Positions 24,206 through 37,646 of a stretch of 64,000 nt of DNA are shown piece after piece; the first letter of the stretch is position 1; the number at the start of each line of letters is the position of its first letter. This stretch comes from Psammoneis japonica. Taxonomy: Eukaryota. The DNA lies in contig QPGO01000111.1 in assembly GCA_008632985.1 (NCBI GenBank), positions 186,001 through 250,000 of the forward strand, written 5' to 3'. Both the position numbers and the translations under genes were made by a program. The notes under the pieces were generated by a model that saw only the letters and a program-made list of their open reading frames with translations, had not been told where the DNA came from and made no database searches.

Positions 24206-27200
24206 ATGCAGTATCCCAAAAGTCACAGTATGGATCATCATCAGCATCAAGGACGAAATCCGTTAGCAAAACCTTGGAATCAACAGCACGATGAAACACG
24301 ACAAGAGGGTGACGAGAATAGCGCAACTTCCAACACTAACCCAGCTGGTCAGTATGTAAAGGGACGTGAATTTGTCCCTGCAGCCATGACTCTGGGATCA
24401 TATGGTGGTGTGAATATACAGTGGGATCATAATCACCAGCAGCAACAACAGCACAGTGCTGCAGCTACGGGGAGCAATAACATATGGGGGCCAGTGACGA
24501 GCAACCAAGGCGATGATACAGCGAGTTACCCGTCTTATGGAAGCATTGGCGACAATAGAGCTAGACTAGTGTCCATGGGCGGCAGTAGCGAAGGAGATAG
24601 TGGCTTTCACTATCATGCAAACGCTGCGGTCACAGCGGTCGATTTGAGGCTTTCTCAGTTAAATCTGAATCAAACGCAACAGCCTCCTTCAAGTGCATCA
24701 TCTGTCATGACTCATCCTGTATCAGTGTCTTCCACAACGTCGACTGTCCCGGGATTAATGGGAGTCAGTTCAGGGTCGAGTGGAGCACTTACAGCAAATG
24801 AGAATGCTGGGGACTCGAGGTGGAACAGGAATCATCATCCGCCAGAAACCAACGCATCGTGGCATGTACCGGTTCAGCAACAAGAAAATTTGTCTCTGGG
24901 ACCTCCACCGGGATTTCTATCACCGATTCAGACGGACCCTGCAAAGCGAAGTAGCAGCGACGATTATTCAATCGGGTCTTCCTACTCCAATCGACAGAGA
25001 AGCAAGAACAGGAATAATCGTGGTGGCAACTACTCTTCAAGGTCAACGCCACAGCAAAGCAAGAACTACCCACGTCAGCAGCAGCAGCAACAGCAAGGTG
25101 ATGCTTCGGATGCATCCACCACGGCATCGTCCTTGGCATCGGTTCGAGTCTTGATGAATCAGCCAACCGATGATACCGTATCGTTTGCTTCTGCCAATAC
25201 AAGCTATTCTCTCACAACGACCAACCGCAACGTTGCGTCTCCCACAAGCCTCGATGGAAGCCGGTCTTCCTCTTCGATTCTTCCCGTCCAACAACAACGG
25301 TGGTTGGATGAATACTCGATTCAGGATTATGACTATGACGATTCGGATGACGAAGACGAAGACGACTTGCTGTCGTTTGATGAGGGATCAAGTGGTAGTA
25401 TCCTTCCTCCCATTTATGGCGACAAGGGCGGCGGAGGAGGCCCCACCAAGAAGCGCGAATGGCTCTTGCGAATGAATCGCCGCCTTAGCGAAATACCCAT
25501 TGGCGAACTGGATCCCACCACGGTTCCTGTTTCGGCCGTGATGAATGCATGGGCCAAAACAAAGTCGGCACAGGGAGCCTCCATGGTGGAGGAATGGCTC
25601 AAGCGTGCTCAAAAGGAACACGACGTGGGCAACACGCGAGTCGTGGTGACGGCCAAAATGTACACCATGGCCGTCGATGCGTGGGCCAAGAGTGGAGAGG
25701 GCGGAGCAGCCGCGAATCGAGCCGAAGCTCTTCTTCAACACATGAATCAACTCCATCAGAGTGGCATGTACGACGATCTCAAGCCAACCACGGGCATTTT
25801 CAATGCTGTCATCAACGCGTGGGCGCGAAGTCGGGAGAATATCGCTCCGATGCGAGCAGAGCAGATTTTGGATTGGATGAACAAGCTTCATAGCAAGGGG
25901 AACCTTGACATCCAGCCGGACAAGTACACGTACAATACGGTGATTCATGCTTGGGCCAAGTCTGGTGGCAAGGACGCTGCCATCAAGGCGCAGCAGTTGT
26001 TGAACGATATGCACACGCTGTATAATGAAGGTAACTCCATTGCCAAGCCGGATACCATTACCTACAATGTCGTCATTAACGCTTGGGCCAAGTCGGGAGG
26101 CAAGGACGCCGCGGCCGAAGCGGAACGGCTCTTGTCCACCATGCAGCGCTTACACCGCGAGGGTGATCCCGATGTGAAACCCAACGTTGTCACGTACGGC
26201 GCCGTGATTGACGCCTATGCCAAGTCTGGCGAACGTGGAGCAGCTGCTCGGGCTGACACGTTGCTTGCGCAAATGATTCAACTCAATCAGGCCGATCCCA
26301 TTGGCAATGCGGATCTACGTCCCAACACGTACGTCTTTAATACGGTGATTAATTGTTGGGCCAAGAGCAAGGAGCACGACGCTGCTTCCAAGGCGGAAGA
26401 AATGATGGTTGCCATGAGCCGTCTCCATGCGTCAGGCATTCCCAATTTGAAACCCGATGCCTTCACCTACACGGCTGTCATTGATGCATGGGCCAAGAGC
26501 GGGTACCGTGGAGCGGCGGCACGAGCCGACCAGCTGTTGGATAAGATGGAGGCCAAGTATCTGGCAGGAGATATGGACCTCAAGCCAAACACGTTCACCT
26601 ACAATGCCGTAATCAATGCCCTTGCCAAGAGCGGCGAGCCCGGAGCGGCCGCCAGGGCGGAGCGTGTCTTGCAAAACATGGTGAATCGTCATCGCACCGG
26701 AGGAAGCGATGATATCAAGCCCACCACGATCAACTTCAATACCGTCCTTGATGCTTGGGCGAAGAGCGGTGGTGGCCGAGCCTCGGCAGAACGGGCCGAA
26801 GAGATTTTGGAATGGATGGACCGTTTACACAAAAGCGGCAATCCAGATGTGAAGCCCGACACGATCACCTTTAACGCCGTGTTGGATGCTTGGGCTCGTT
26901 CGGGGATCGAATGGCGCCCCATCGAGCCGAGCAGATTTTGGATCACATGGATGAGCTCTACCGGAACGGAAATATGGGTGTCAAGCCGGACACTTACACG
27001 TACAATACGTTAATCAATGCATGGGCAAAATCCGGCGAGAAGGGCGCCGCTGGAAGAGCGGAACACGTGCTATCAGTGATGGAGCGACGATTCGCTGACG
27101 GAGATAATGATTTTAAACCAAACACCAGAACCCACACTTCGGTCATTGATGCATGGGCCAAGTCAGGAGAGAAGGGAGCTGCTAGGCGGGCTGAACAGAT

Positions 27201-27784
27201 TCTAAATTCGATGCAGTCCCATTATGAGTCCACGGGCGACCCAGACGTGAAGCCAAATGTCCATACCGCGAATGCAGTTTGCAACGTGAGCCATCTTACT
27301 CGTCTTGATGTCTGCATTCCCCTGGCCTTTTATCGTTTCTCACTCTTTTTTGCTCCGCTTCCCATCTCAGGCGTGTGCTTTCACCAAGGTGGAAGAAGAC
27401 CGTGCAGAAGCCTTACAGATTGCTTTTCGAGTGTATGACTGGCTCTCATCGCAGCAGGATATGCAGCCAGATGCCTACACGTACACAATTCTCCTCTCTG
27501 TTTGCGCCAACCTGCTGCCGAGGGAAGACCGTGCCACTCGATACGCGCATGCAAGTTCATTCTTTGGAAATTGCTGTCAAGCGGGCTACGTGAACGACTA
27601 CGTTCTACGAAAGCTGCGTCAGACAGTTACCGAAGAAGAATACTTGAGCCTGGTAGAATATCGCGAAGGACCGGCTTCGTCCATGCCCCCAGAATGGATT
27701 CGGAACGCGAGAGTTCAAGGTCGCAGCTACGGAAAAGGACGCGGAAAAGGAAACTGGAACAATCGACGCAAACAACGGCGATAG
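24206..27784 (+). CDS. Pentatricopeptide-repeat (PPR) protein with long low-complexity N-terminus
   Basis: More than 12 repeats of KPDxxTYNxVINAWAKSGxxxAAxRAExLL. One missing G at ~26903; GT-AG intron 27286-27370; stop TAG at 27782-27784. Confidence 0.92.
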
Positions 27785-28051
27785 ACATTTAAAAGAGCTG
27801 TTGGAATAGAGAAGCGACAAACTAGTGAGTCGCGACACAGATGATATGCAGCTTATCTGCGTCAATTTTTAATACTCAAGAATATGTTGCACAGCATCAA
27901 GCGCAACATTTATTATTCATATTAGATGGCGAGATGATAAACAATAAAATAACGCAGTTTTAATGCCTACCTCTCAACGAGACGACGTTATAGCATTGTT
28001 TAACGTGGCTCTAGCAGCTAGACTAATAGCATGCGTCTAGTTGGATCCCAA

Positions 28052-31020
28052 TCACCAACTAATGATTGTGTGTTCGTAAAGGCGAACTAGCCTGGACACA
28101 ATGTTTTGTACCAAGGTTTTGCTGTTTTCCAACGTCTCCTCATTTAACTCTTCGCCCTCGGGTGTAGCTGTCAGATGGGCAAGGATATCATTCATCGATA
28201 CTGTTCCATCACAGATTGCTAATAGTTCGCCCTCTAGTTCATCGACAAGTTCGAACCACTCGTCTTTATCATTGTGCATGGGTCGGTCGGGTATGCGCAC
28301 CCGGGATATTGTTTCAACTTCCTCCTGTTCCGTCTCTCCCGCTTGGAGGGAAAAGGTAGATTCAAAAACTGCAGGTCCCGCTCTCTTGGGACACGCTGGC
28401 TCCCGGACAACATCATTGCTCTTCCTGCTGTCTCGCCGAGAGCGCTCTGACGTCTGGTGTTTTTCTTTTGATAATGTAATCACCCATTACCAGCATTTCA
28501 ATAGATCCCATGGAACACAGAAAGCTCCGAATAGCGTCTTGGGGAGTTTCGACAATAGGCTCACCGGGCAACGTGTTGAAGGATGTGTTCAGTACCATGG
28601 GAACTCCCGTGAGTTTGAAGAAGGCACTAATCAGCTGATGATAGAGCGGCTCTGCATTCTTTGTGACGGTCTGAAGACGAGAGGATCCGTCTACATGGGT
28701 CACAGCCGGTATTTGTTTTTGTTTCTTATCCTTGACATGTGCCGTCAAGCTCATGTACGGACTGCAATTGGGATCCGTGGCTTCCAAGTCAAACCAATCG
28801 TTTGCCTCCTCGGCCAAGACACTGGGAGCAAAGGGACGAAAGCTCTCTCGTTTCTTGACATATTGATTGATAAATCGTACCAGTCCACTCTTGCGTGGAT
28901 CCGCTAATATACTTCGATGCCCCAACGCCCTCGGTCCAACTTCGGATCGCCCATGATACCAAGCCACGACGCCCCCGGATTCAAGTTCTTGTGCCATGAT
29001 TTCAAATCGTCGTTCATCATTTCGCACCGCCTCCACTTCTATCCATGGTGCTGCAGTGTTCATGGCAAGTTTCATTTCAAACTCTGACGGATCCGGTCCC
29101 AGATAAGGCGACAGGGGTCCTTTCCATAGTCTAGGTGGTGCATAATCCTTGTCTTCTTTTGCCGGCTTGCCGTACAAACCGAATGCGCAGCATCCGACAG
29201 CAATTCCCTCGTCACCGGGATAGGGAGATATAAATGTTTTGTCGAACCCAATCTCACGACATAGCTTGCCATTCAAAACCGAGTTTAATCCGACACCACC
29301 CGTTATGCATAGATTGGTCTCACCCGTTTCTTTTTTGAAATGCTTGACAAAATCCATGGCTACAGTTTCCAAATCAAGCTGAATACGAGCCGACAAGGCA
29401 ATGGCATCCAATGCCACGCGTGTCGGTAGTCTCTTGGCATCATCGTCATCATTTTCATGTTCCATCCCTTCTTGAATCAAGGCTTCATCTAATGTTCCTT
29501 CATCTTCGGGAGATTCGATTGGTTTGTAATTATCATCATCAAAATCATATCGTCGTTTTCGAATCAAATTGCCGTCACTATCAAACAAATCGGAATCGGA
29601 TCGTACCGCAAATGGCATTCCCGTCATGGTTGAAACGTCCGAATGAAAATCCTCGTCTTTGTATAGTGTTCCCCACATGATTGGATTATCCAGTGGTTTG
29701 GTTTCAATACGCTTGTTGTTGTTGTTGCTTGCGTCGTTGGGTATAGTCCACGAATGACCCATCCAAGGTGCCAATCCCATGACTTTGCCACATGCATTCC
29801 AATCTCCAAACACATGAGACGATGCTCTAGAATAGAGTGCACCAAGACTGTTCATGTTTTCAAACCATGATTGTACAGTGTGGGTGGTGTCTTTTCTTGA
29901 ATGAATCGCTTAAAGACGGGCTGTGCGTGTGTTGTGCAAAACAAAAGAATGGCAAAAAAGACGAGCAGGTAAATGAAAGCGAGAGAGCGAACAAAAAGTA
30001 ATCAATGAGTACGCTGTCGGAAGCAAAACACACACACAAGCGACATCCAATCCACCACCAGAGCCACAAGCTACTCTACACTTACTTGGATATCAATATC
30101 AGTTTCGGTCTTTGTAAAGGTATACACACTCTCGGCTTCTCGCCAGTCAAAGCGACAATTCTTGGATTGTTCTTCCAAATCACGAGGTATTATTTGGAAA
30201 TCTGCTGTCGAGATGGAAAAATCACTTGTATACGACGTTTCATCGTCAATTGCCTTCATGGTTCGGTACGTTTCGCCCATGCCATCCATGACGACAATCA
30301 AACCATGGGCAAAGGGTGCTTGTGTTGCAGTGGAATAGGCGTGTGCCAAGTGATGCGAGATTTCGTGCTGATAGACAGAGAAACGTAAACATGAGAAATT
30401 GCAGGGCAAGACTACTACGAACAAACTGCTGGGACTCAACAACAAGAAAAACTCACTCTCTTGGCATGCGTCAATAAATTCTCTTCATCTGTATAACCAT
30501 CTTCACTTCCACCATTAATATTGAGACCACTTTCCCATTCCAAATGTTCCAGTGCCGCTTCTAGGGGCAAGACACGATGATGATGATTGTTCACCACGAC
30601 ACGTTCAATGGCATCCAAATCCAATTGAAGTGAATCCAAACATGTTTCCACCAGGGTTGCTACATTTCCACCGTCGTGTTTGGTTCGAGTCAAACGTTCC
30701 TTTTCCAGGGCAAACAAAACTTGACCCGTTTTGGCATTTGCCGCACAAAGAGCCGTGTCGTGAGAATACTTGTTGAGACCCAATACGAGTTTTGTAGAGG
30801 GATCCACAGCGAGTGATGATGATGATGGTTCGTCTTGAGAATCATCTTGATAGGGATTGTCATAATAATCTGCTTCAAAGGGTGTAGATTGCAAGACGTG
30901 TTGTTGTTGTGATGGCTGTCGAGGTCTTGTAATTCCAAAGAATGCTGCAGTTGTACACGTCAGTTCCAAAAATACGAGTACATGAATCAGTACATGAGTT
31001 GTTTGTCTCTTCAACAACAT
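28052..31020 (-). CDS. Carbamoyltransferase (NodU/CmcH/TobZ family), probably plastid-targeted
   Basis: Motifs VLGLNKYSHDTA, ALEKERLTRTKHDG, ISHHLAHAYS, VMDGMGE, GKVMGLAPW, GGVGLNSVLNG, PGDEGIAVG, GRSEVGPRALGHRSILADPR, KKRESFRPFAPSV, VTHVDGSSRLQTV, VLNTSFN. Introns 30368-30456 and 29920-30085; frameshifts at ~29862 and ~28440; signal peptide + TAAF. Confidence 0.9.
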
Positions 31021-31355
31021 GATGCATACATCAATGGGCTTTCACGTCAGTCAATGTCGACGCAAATAGTGAAGTTGATGGGTCCTGTTGATGATGCTGT
31101 TTCGATTTCGATGAAGTCCAGTCGATCCAAGTTCACCCGCCGATGATTTCGTGGTGACGCGCGAAAGATACAGTACGCGCGTGAGATCTTTTTCCACGTG
31201 ACGTCACACGATATTATGTACAATAGATAGATCTGACGATTAGGGCTATGATATCATAATTTTCAACGGTTTCCACGAGAATGCGCTTTTGGCGCGCGAA
31301 CAAATCTTTCGAACTTTCGCACTTTTTGCGCCACAGAAAAAATACGCATCCCACC

Positions 31356-32728
31356 ATGGCGGAGCTCCGACAACGCCGAAACAGAACAAACAATCCGTCG
31401 TCTGAAGACAACAATGACAAGAAGAAAAAAAGCGAACACAATCCTCAAGATGGAGATCAATCAGATGATCAAGAAACGCTCTGGGAGACATTCATGTCTC
31501 ATCCGCTGGGATTCTGCCTCGTAAAGATACTTCCCGTCGTGATGCTTTCCTATGGACTCTACATTGGTTATTACTTTGTACTCTTGCAACATCCTCATTG
31601 GATATCGTCCATCACCATGGGACTGGTACAATTACGTCCAGCTCTTTCTCCCATGCAACAAGAACGACAAGTCCTGATTGTCGGTACCATGAGCAGTGGA
31701 ACGACGCAAGTAGCGTCCGATTTGAAGACCAAGTTGGGACTCGAAATCGGACATGAAGAGTCGGATGCTCAATGGTAAGATCAACTGATTGTGTCTGTTG
31801 TACACTTTTGCATGTTTTTAGAATTACAATTTACTTACCGTGTTTGCTGTATTCTTGCAGGAACTTTGTGCGCGACGGGACCGTGTCTTGGTTTCACGGC
31901 ATTCGCTTTTTACCACCCCACGCCACGTCTACCGAATTGTTGGAAACCATGACCAATCTATGTGTACGATACAATTTCAATATGGGTTTTCATCCTCAAA
32001 TGTATCACGCTACATCCAAGTGTTCGTCACGCTTTTCCAAGGAAAAATGGAACAGCTGTTGGGTCCGCGAGTGCATGGATGTCATTCAGGCCGAATGGAA
32101 TTGTGCCGCTTCGGACGACATTCATAATAATTGCCCCGTCACGTATGCCTACAATTTACACCAAGTTCGTAATCCACTCCGTACCATGGAATCATTGGTT
32201 GCTAAATTTTGCATTGGTGGTATAGACGGGGACGTCCAACCGGCGTTTGTGACTCTTTTAAAAGGTCTCTTTCCAACAATAACCGCTGCGGAAGACTTGT
32301 CATGCATTGAAGCGGCTGCCTTTTATGTTTTGAATTACACAAATGCACTCTTGCAAGCACAAAAGGACGGATACATTGACGCTCTTTATAAAGTGGAACA
32401 AACATCTCCGTGTCAAGTGGCATCTCTTGCGGGCTTGTACAATGCAACCACCACCCTTTACAAGCCCAACCATTATGACCTTGTCATGAAACGTTGTAGT
32501 AATACAGCCAACCTCCATGATGAAGCACAAAAGGCAATGACAAGCTCGGAACATCGTATCAATGTCGACAAGCAGGTGAGTCTCACGTGGAGTGATTTAC
32601 AAGGAGGCAAACACGGGAGTCAACGACCCGACGGTGCAACCGATTTGGAACAAGATGTACGAGAATTGTTTATCAAGCTAGGTTACGATCCGGTTCAAGA
32701 AGTTCAAGAGGAAATTTTTGATTTCTAA
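31356..32728 (+). CDS. Membrane-anchored sulfotransferase-like (PAPS-binding) protein
   Basis: N-terminal TM helix, VLIVGTMSSGTT (5'-PSB-like loop), LHQVRNPLRTMES (3'-PB-like). Intron 31775-31860 joins ...DAQW-NFVRDGTVSWFH in frame. Confidence 0.7.
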
Positions 32729-32739
32729 AATTATTATTA

Positions 32740-35700
32740 TTACCCAAAGGGAAGGTTGGGGACTGTGCGTTTTTCGGTTCTTGGCGGCGCGTCTTGGTTT
32801 CGGCCTACTGGACGTCTAGTACGATTTGCGCGCTTTTGGGCCAGCTGCTTGCGACTGAGTCGAATGCTGCCCTGAACCGGGTCCACCATTGTACACAACA
32901 CCTGTAGTAGACACACAACATTACAAAGCAAAAGATACACATTAGCTCTCTCTACTGTGTGTGCGTGTCAAAGCAAAGCACTGTAGTTTTCAGAAAAAGA
33001 TACATACCTCAAGTTTTTGTCCAACTTGCAAGTGATCACGAACGACACCATAGTTTCCCTTGCTTTTCGATTTCGATGCAACATCGTCTTCGAGTTCGCT
33101 CACATGCAAAAGACCTTCCTTGTTTCGCAAGAGCTCAATCACGGCACCGAAATCTTTAATCTCAATGACGGTTCCTTCATAGACCTCGCCAACTTCAATG
33201 TCGGAAACAAGATCCATGACTTAATAAAAAGATGATGCATTATTTGAATGATGTGAGAGGACGCACATCTCAAGACGTATCCGTAAGTAACGACAACATG
33301 AACTTACCTGCTGATCTTGCGCTTGCTACATCTTTTCGATCCGCCCCGTACAGCAGGCATTGTCCCTCCTACAATAGCAAACACGAGGACGTGTGAGCAA
33401 CAATAATTGTGTATTCAGATTACTGGTTGCTAGAATCGTTGCTAATCGTACCTGTGAGAGATCCAGCGTAACATCGAAACGATCTTCAAGCTGCCGAAGA
33501 ACAGCTCCACCAGGACCTGCAACAATAGCAAACAAGAACAATTTAGTAATGGTCAGAGAAGCAAAACCACCCACAGCAGCGCATTATATATCGCTAGAGG
33601 AAGGAACGCACCAATCAAATCACGTTTACGCAGTGGATCAAAACGGACAACTTCCACTCGTGGTGACGATTCCTTGAGGGAATGGCGGGGTTCCAGATTT
33701 GCCACTGCGGCATTGCTAGGCTGATTGGAAAGATTTCTCATTTCTTGAACAATGGCTTGCCGACCCTGTTTTGCAAGCTCCAATGCTTCGAGTAAAATTG
33801 ACATGGGCACGGGCTTCTTGACGTCCAATTGTAGTGCCGTCACGCCATCGGTAGTACCTGCAATTTTAAAGTCCTATGCAATCATACGATAGACAGTTTA
33901 ACAAGACGACTCGCATAATGATTGTTGTTGAAAATCGAAACCGTTCCTGCTTACCATGTCTCCGTAATAGTCCTCAGTGCCTGTGATATCTAGAAGAAGG
34001 GCGTATGGTTGCGACTCCTCTTCTTTTCCGTCCTCGTTTGATTCTTCTGTTGGCGCATCCTTCATCACAAGACCCACGCTTAGGCCAACTACCGGAGACT
34101 CTATATGAATACCCGCATCGAGCAAAGCAAGAGTAGCACCACACACCGATGCCATACTCGAAGACCCGTTAGACCCTGTTACCTCACAAACTAGACGAAT
34201 GGCATAGGGAAACTCGTGTCGTGGAGGAAGGGTTGGTAGGATTGCCTTCTCGGCGAGTGCCCCATGTCCAATGGCTCGTCGATTCGCCATGGAACCAAAA
34301 CCCGGTACTTCGCCCGTACTATAGGAAGTAAAGTCGTAATGCAAAAAGGCACGTTGTACTTCATCCAGAGTCCCACTTTCGCCTGTGAGTTCTCGGTCGG
34401 CCTTAAACAGGGGCAAACAAGGTTTAGATTGAGGTTGCCGGTAGCAATCCTTGCAAGTTACCAAGATACATACACACCTTTACTTTTTGGAATTCAAATC
34501 TGAAATCAAGGCGGTTTGACTCCTCAAAAAGCGCAAGCTCCCCACTGGTAAATCATCATATGGGCCCTTCACCTCGTCTGCTTTATCATCCTCGGTGGAG
34601 GGAGACATTGCATAGGGATTGGTGATTGGTAGTCCATCCTTGGGAGCACCCAGCGTGACGGTGCACAGAACATGAGTTTCTCCACGTCCAAAAAAGGCAG
34701 AGCCATGCACTACATCGGGAAGTGCTGGGACCTTGACTTGAAGCGGACGAACAACTCGGGTTGCGTCACCTCCTGCGACTCCCCGACCATCTCCACGAGT
34801 TTTGTGTTGCAAAGCACTTGTAAACAATGCCTCTTGGAGCAGCACCTTGTGGACAGCACGCGCCAACCGGCTTATACTCGCCTCGTCCTCTTGTGATTCT
34901 GCTTCAGCTCTCTCTTTTAGCAATTGTTCAATTTGTTTAAATACCAAATGTTCCAGTCGCCCCCGTGTGGACTTGGACAAGAGCGGAACGTCCGCCGGAT
35001 GGATTGATACGGCTTCGCCATTGTTCCGTTTCTCCTTGTCAGGTTGGTATCCAAAGAACCGTAGCGGAGCATCGTCCAGCTTTTCTCTACAAAACTGCAC
35101 ATCTAGTTCTAATTTTTCATTCGCTAAAGAAGAGTCCTCTTCATTCGTTGCTTCTGTCCCTTTGGTCAAGCCAAGAGATTGCAATAGCTCCTCATCGCTT
35201 GGTTCTGCATCCTTTGTATCTTCTGTACGGATATTATCATCAAGATAGGTTTGCTGAAGATGAATGATGGGTTGAATGGCATCGTGCGCGGCTTGCATGG
35301 CTCGTTCCAAGTCTTGTTCGGAAACGTCAATGCTGCCTTTATGGGGGTTATTTCGGATGCCTTGGAGGAAAACTCCATCATGACTGTCTTTGTACTTGTG
35401 CCAGCATACAAGAGTTCCATCTGTACCTCATTGTCCGAAAGGGGTGTCGGAGGATTGAGCAGCACTTTGCCATCACGCGTAATGGCCAAAAAGACACATC
35501 CAACGGGTTCCTTTAAAAGATTGGCTTGACAAAGAGCCAAGGATGCTGAATTGATTCCCAATGCATTAAATTATCTTGTCGTTCCATATTCCCATCGAGC
35601 GTGTGTGATTGAACGCTGGTGTTGACATGGATTCTTCGTTGCTGAGATTCATTGTCAACAATCAAAGGCCTCAACGCCCGATCCATGGCTCGACCCGCTA

Positions 35701-36142
35701 GAATTTCCAAGTTGTTGGGACGCAATCCATCACGTCTCGTTGCAGTGTGTGTAGGGATTTGTCCGACACCAGCATAGCGTTGAACAAAGTCCACTGTAAA
35801 TAAGGTCGACGAATCGTCTCTGCTTTCATTGGTATCCACGGCAATTGTGGACATTACGACGGTTTCACCCGCTGTTCCCAGAATGCAAGACTCTGTCAAA
35901 TTTGCAATCGAATCTCCATTCTCAAACTTAAGTGGTTGGACAGAATCATAATTTGGTAGTTTGTAGGGATCCGAGCTCAAGCATCTAATACTTTTGTAGC
36001 AAGCATCAGGAAACGCACGCACTGAAAAGGTTGAGGTGGTTGACAAACGACACGCGTTGTTGCTCAGTGAACGTTGTCGTGTGCTGCAGTGCTTTGTTTT
36101 GAGAAAACGACGAATATTTCGGGCATGCCCTTGCCGAATCAT
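32740..36142 (-). CDS. PNPT1: Polyribonucleotide nucleotidyltransferase (PNPase), organellar, multi-exon
   Basis: Two RNase PH domains ([91 protein letters not shown]), KH ([11 protein letters not shown]) and S1 ([30 protein letters not shown]). Several introns and 1-nt slips; Arg/Ser-rich presequence. Confidence 0.9.
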
Positions 36143-36599
36143 GATAGGCCTGTATTTTTTATGCAATGATTGTGAAGGTTTTGGGTTTCTCAGACCCTAC
36201 CCCTTTGAACGTCGTCAACAAAAACCACAGGAGCACTGCTTCATGGCTTCGTATGGGGTCGGTAGTTGTGGTGTTGGGGAAATAGGTGGCGGAGGGAGCG
36301 CGCGGAGCGCGCTGGGAGAGGGAGAGAAAAAGGGTTGGCCGAGGGTGCGGACGGACGGACGGTCGGGAGGAGTTGGTGACGGAATGATGGCGGAGGAGGA
36401 AAGCTTGACATGTAGAGAGATGGTTGGAGAGAGCAAAGCCAAAGTTAAGGCTGAGGGTTTGGGAAGCCCAAAGCAGGGGTGTGGCAGCATGGTAGGAGGA
36501 GCCGAAGTGGGTGGGGGAAAGTTGTTTCCAGGCCGCGTCAGATTGGGTGAGGAGGTTGGAAGGAGCTGAAAGGGAGTTGGTGAAGAAGGCAGAGAAGGA

Positions 36600-36990
36600 G
36601 ACGGGTTCCAGTCCTAGGTGGGACTCCGTGTGACATTGGGCCCGTAGAATTCTACGTGCGAGCTCCGTAGTACGAGAATTTAATTAATGGATATATTTAT
36701 CTTCAACATCAAATAAACGGCCAAGTTTGTGGTACAATTATGCCTCTTGCCACTCGACTTTTTTGCAAATGTGCCTGCCCTACGCGATTCTTAAGACATT
36801 ATAGAATCGCGCTGTAACAAAAAAATGTCAAAAGTTGTTGGACGGATCGCTCAATAAGTGTACCGTAAAATGACAAAAAATATCGAAAAAATCTCGTAGA
36901 AATCTACGTGCGCGACATACGACGTGATTCAAAAAACTATCGATGTCACAGTTCAGTAGTACGAGGTCCCACCTAGACCTGGAACGCGTC
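36600..36990. mobile_element. MITE (391 bp) with imperfect TIRs and 4-bp TSD AGGA
   Basis: Left end GACGGGTTCCAGTCCTAGGTGGGAC, right end GTCCCACCTAGACCTGGAACGCGTC. AGGA on both flanks (36596-36599, 36991-36994). Related copy at 46996. Confidence 0.9.
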
Positions 36991-37646
36991 AGGATGCTTG
37001 AGAGTTAGAGAAAGAGGATGGATGGGACCAGGGCGGTTCGGGGGGGGATGGAGGAGGAGGCAGTGGTGGAGGCGCCAAAAAAGAAAAGATGGAAGTGGCG
37101 TCCGATGCCTCCCAGGTGATCGAAGGCAAAAGGGAGGAGAGGAAAAGAGGCCTGCTTGGTTGATGGCGTCGATGATGTCAGAACCGTGGGCGGAGGATGT
37201 AGAGCAGCCGAGGAGCTTGTCCCAAGTGCTGCTGAGGTGAGCCTTGTTAAGTGGGTTTTCAGGGACAGGCAAACCAGGTGCAGGAGGCGGGGGAGCGGGC
37301 GGCACGGTGATGTCAATTGCTGTGAATGCAATGGCGGACAAGTAGACCGACTGGCAAGACGACCCTGGCGGCACGCGGCGACGGACAGACAGAAAAAGCG
37401 CAACCTAACTTACGTCACACAAGACTGACATGGCTGGGCGCGCGCGCGTTGGCGATGAAGCAAGACTGACGCGACGGCGACTTTTTCTTTGATCATCACG
37501 CACTTTGCTTGTGCACTTGCATTTTTTGGATTTGCACTTGGGAATTCACTTTCAACTTTCACACACAACGTTGAAAGGAACCCTTGACCGAAAAGAAATG
37601 CAATCTGCATTGATTCGTAAATAAACGAACCGAAGCTACTGTAACC

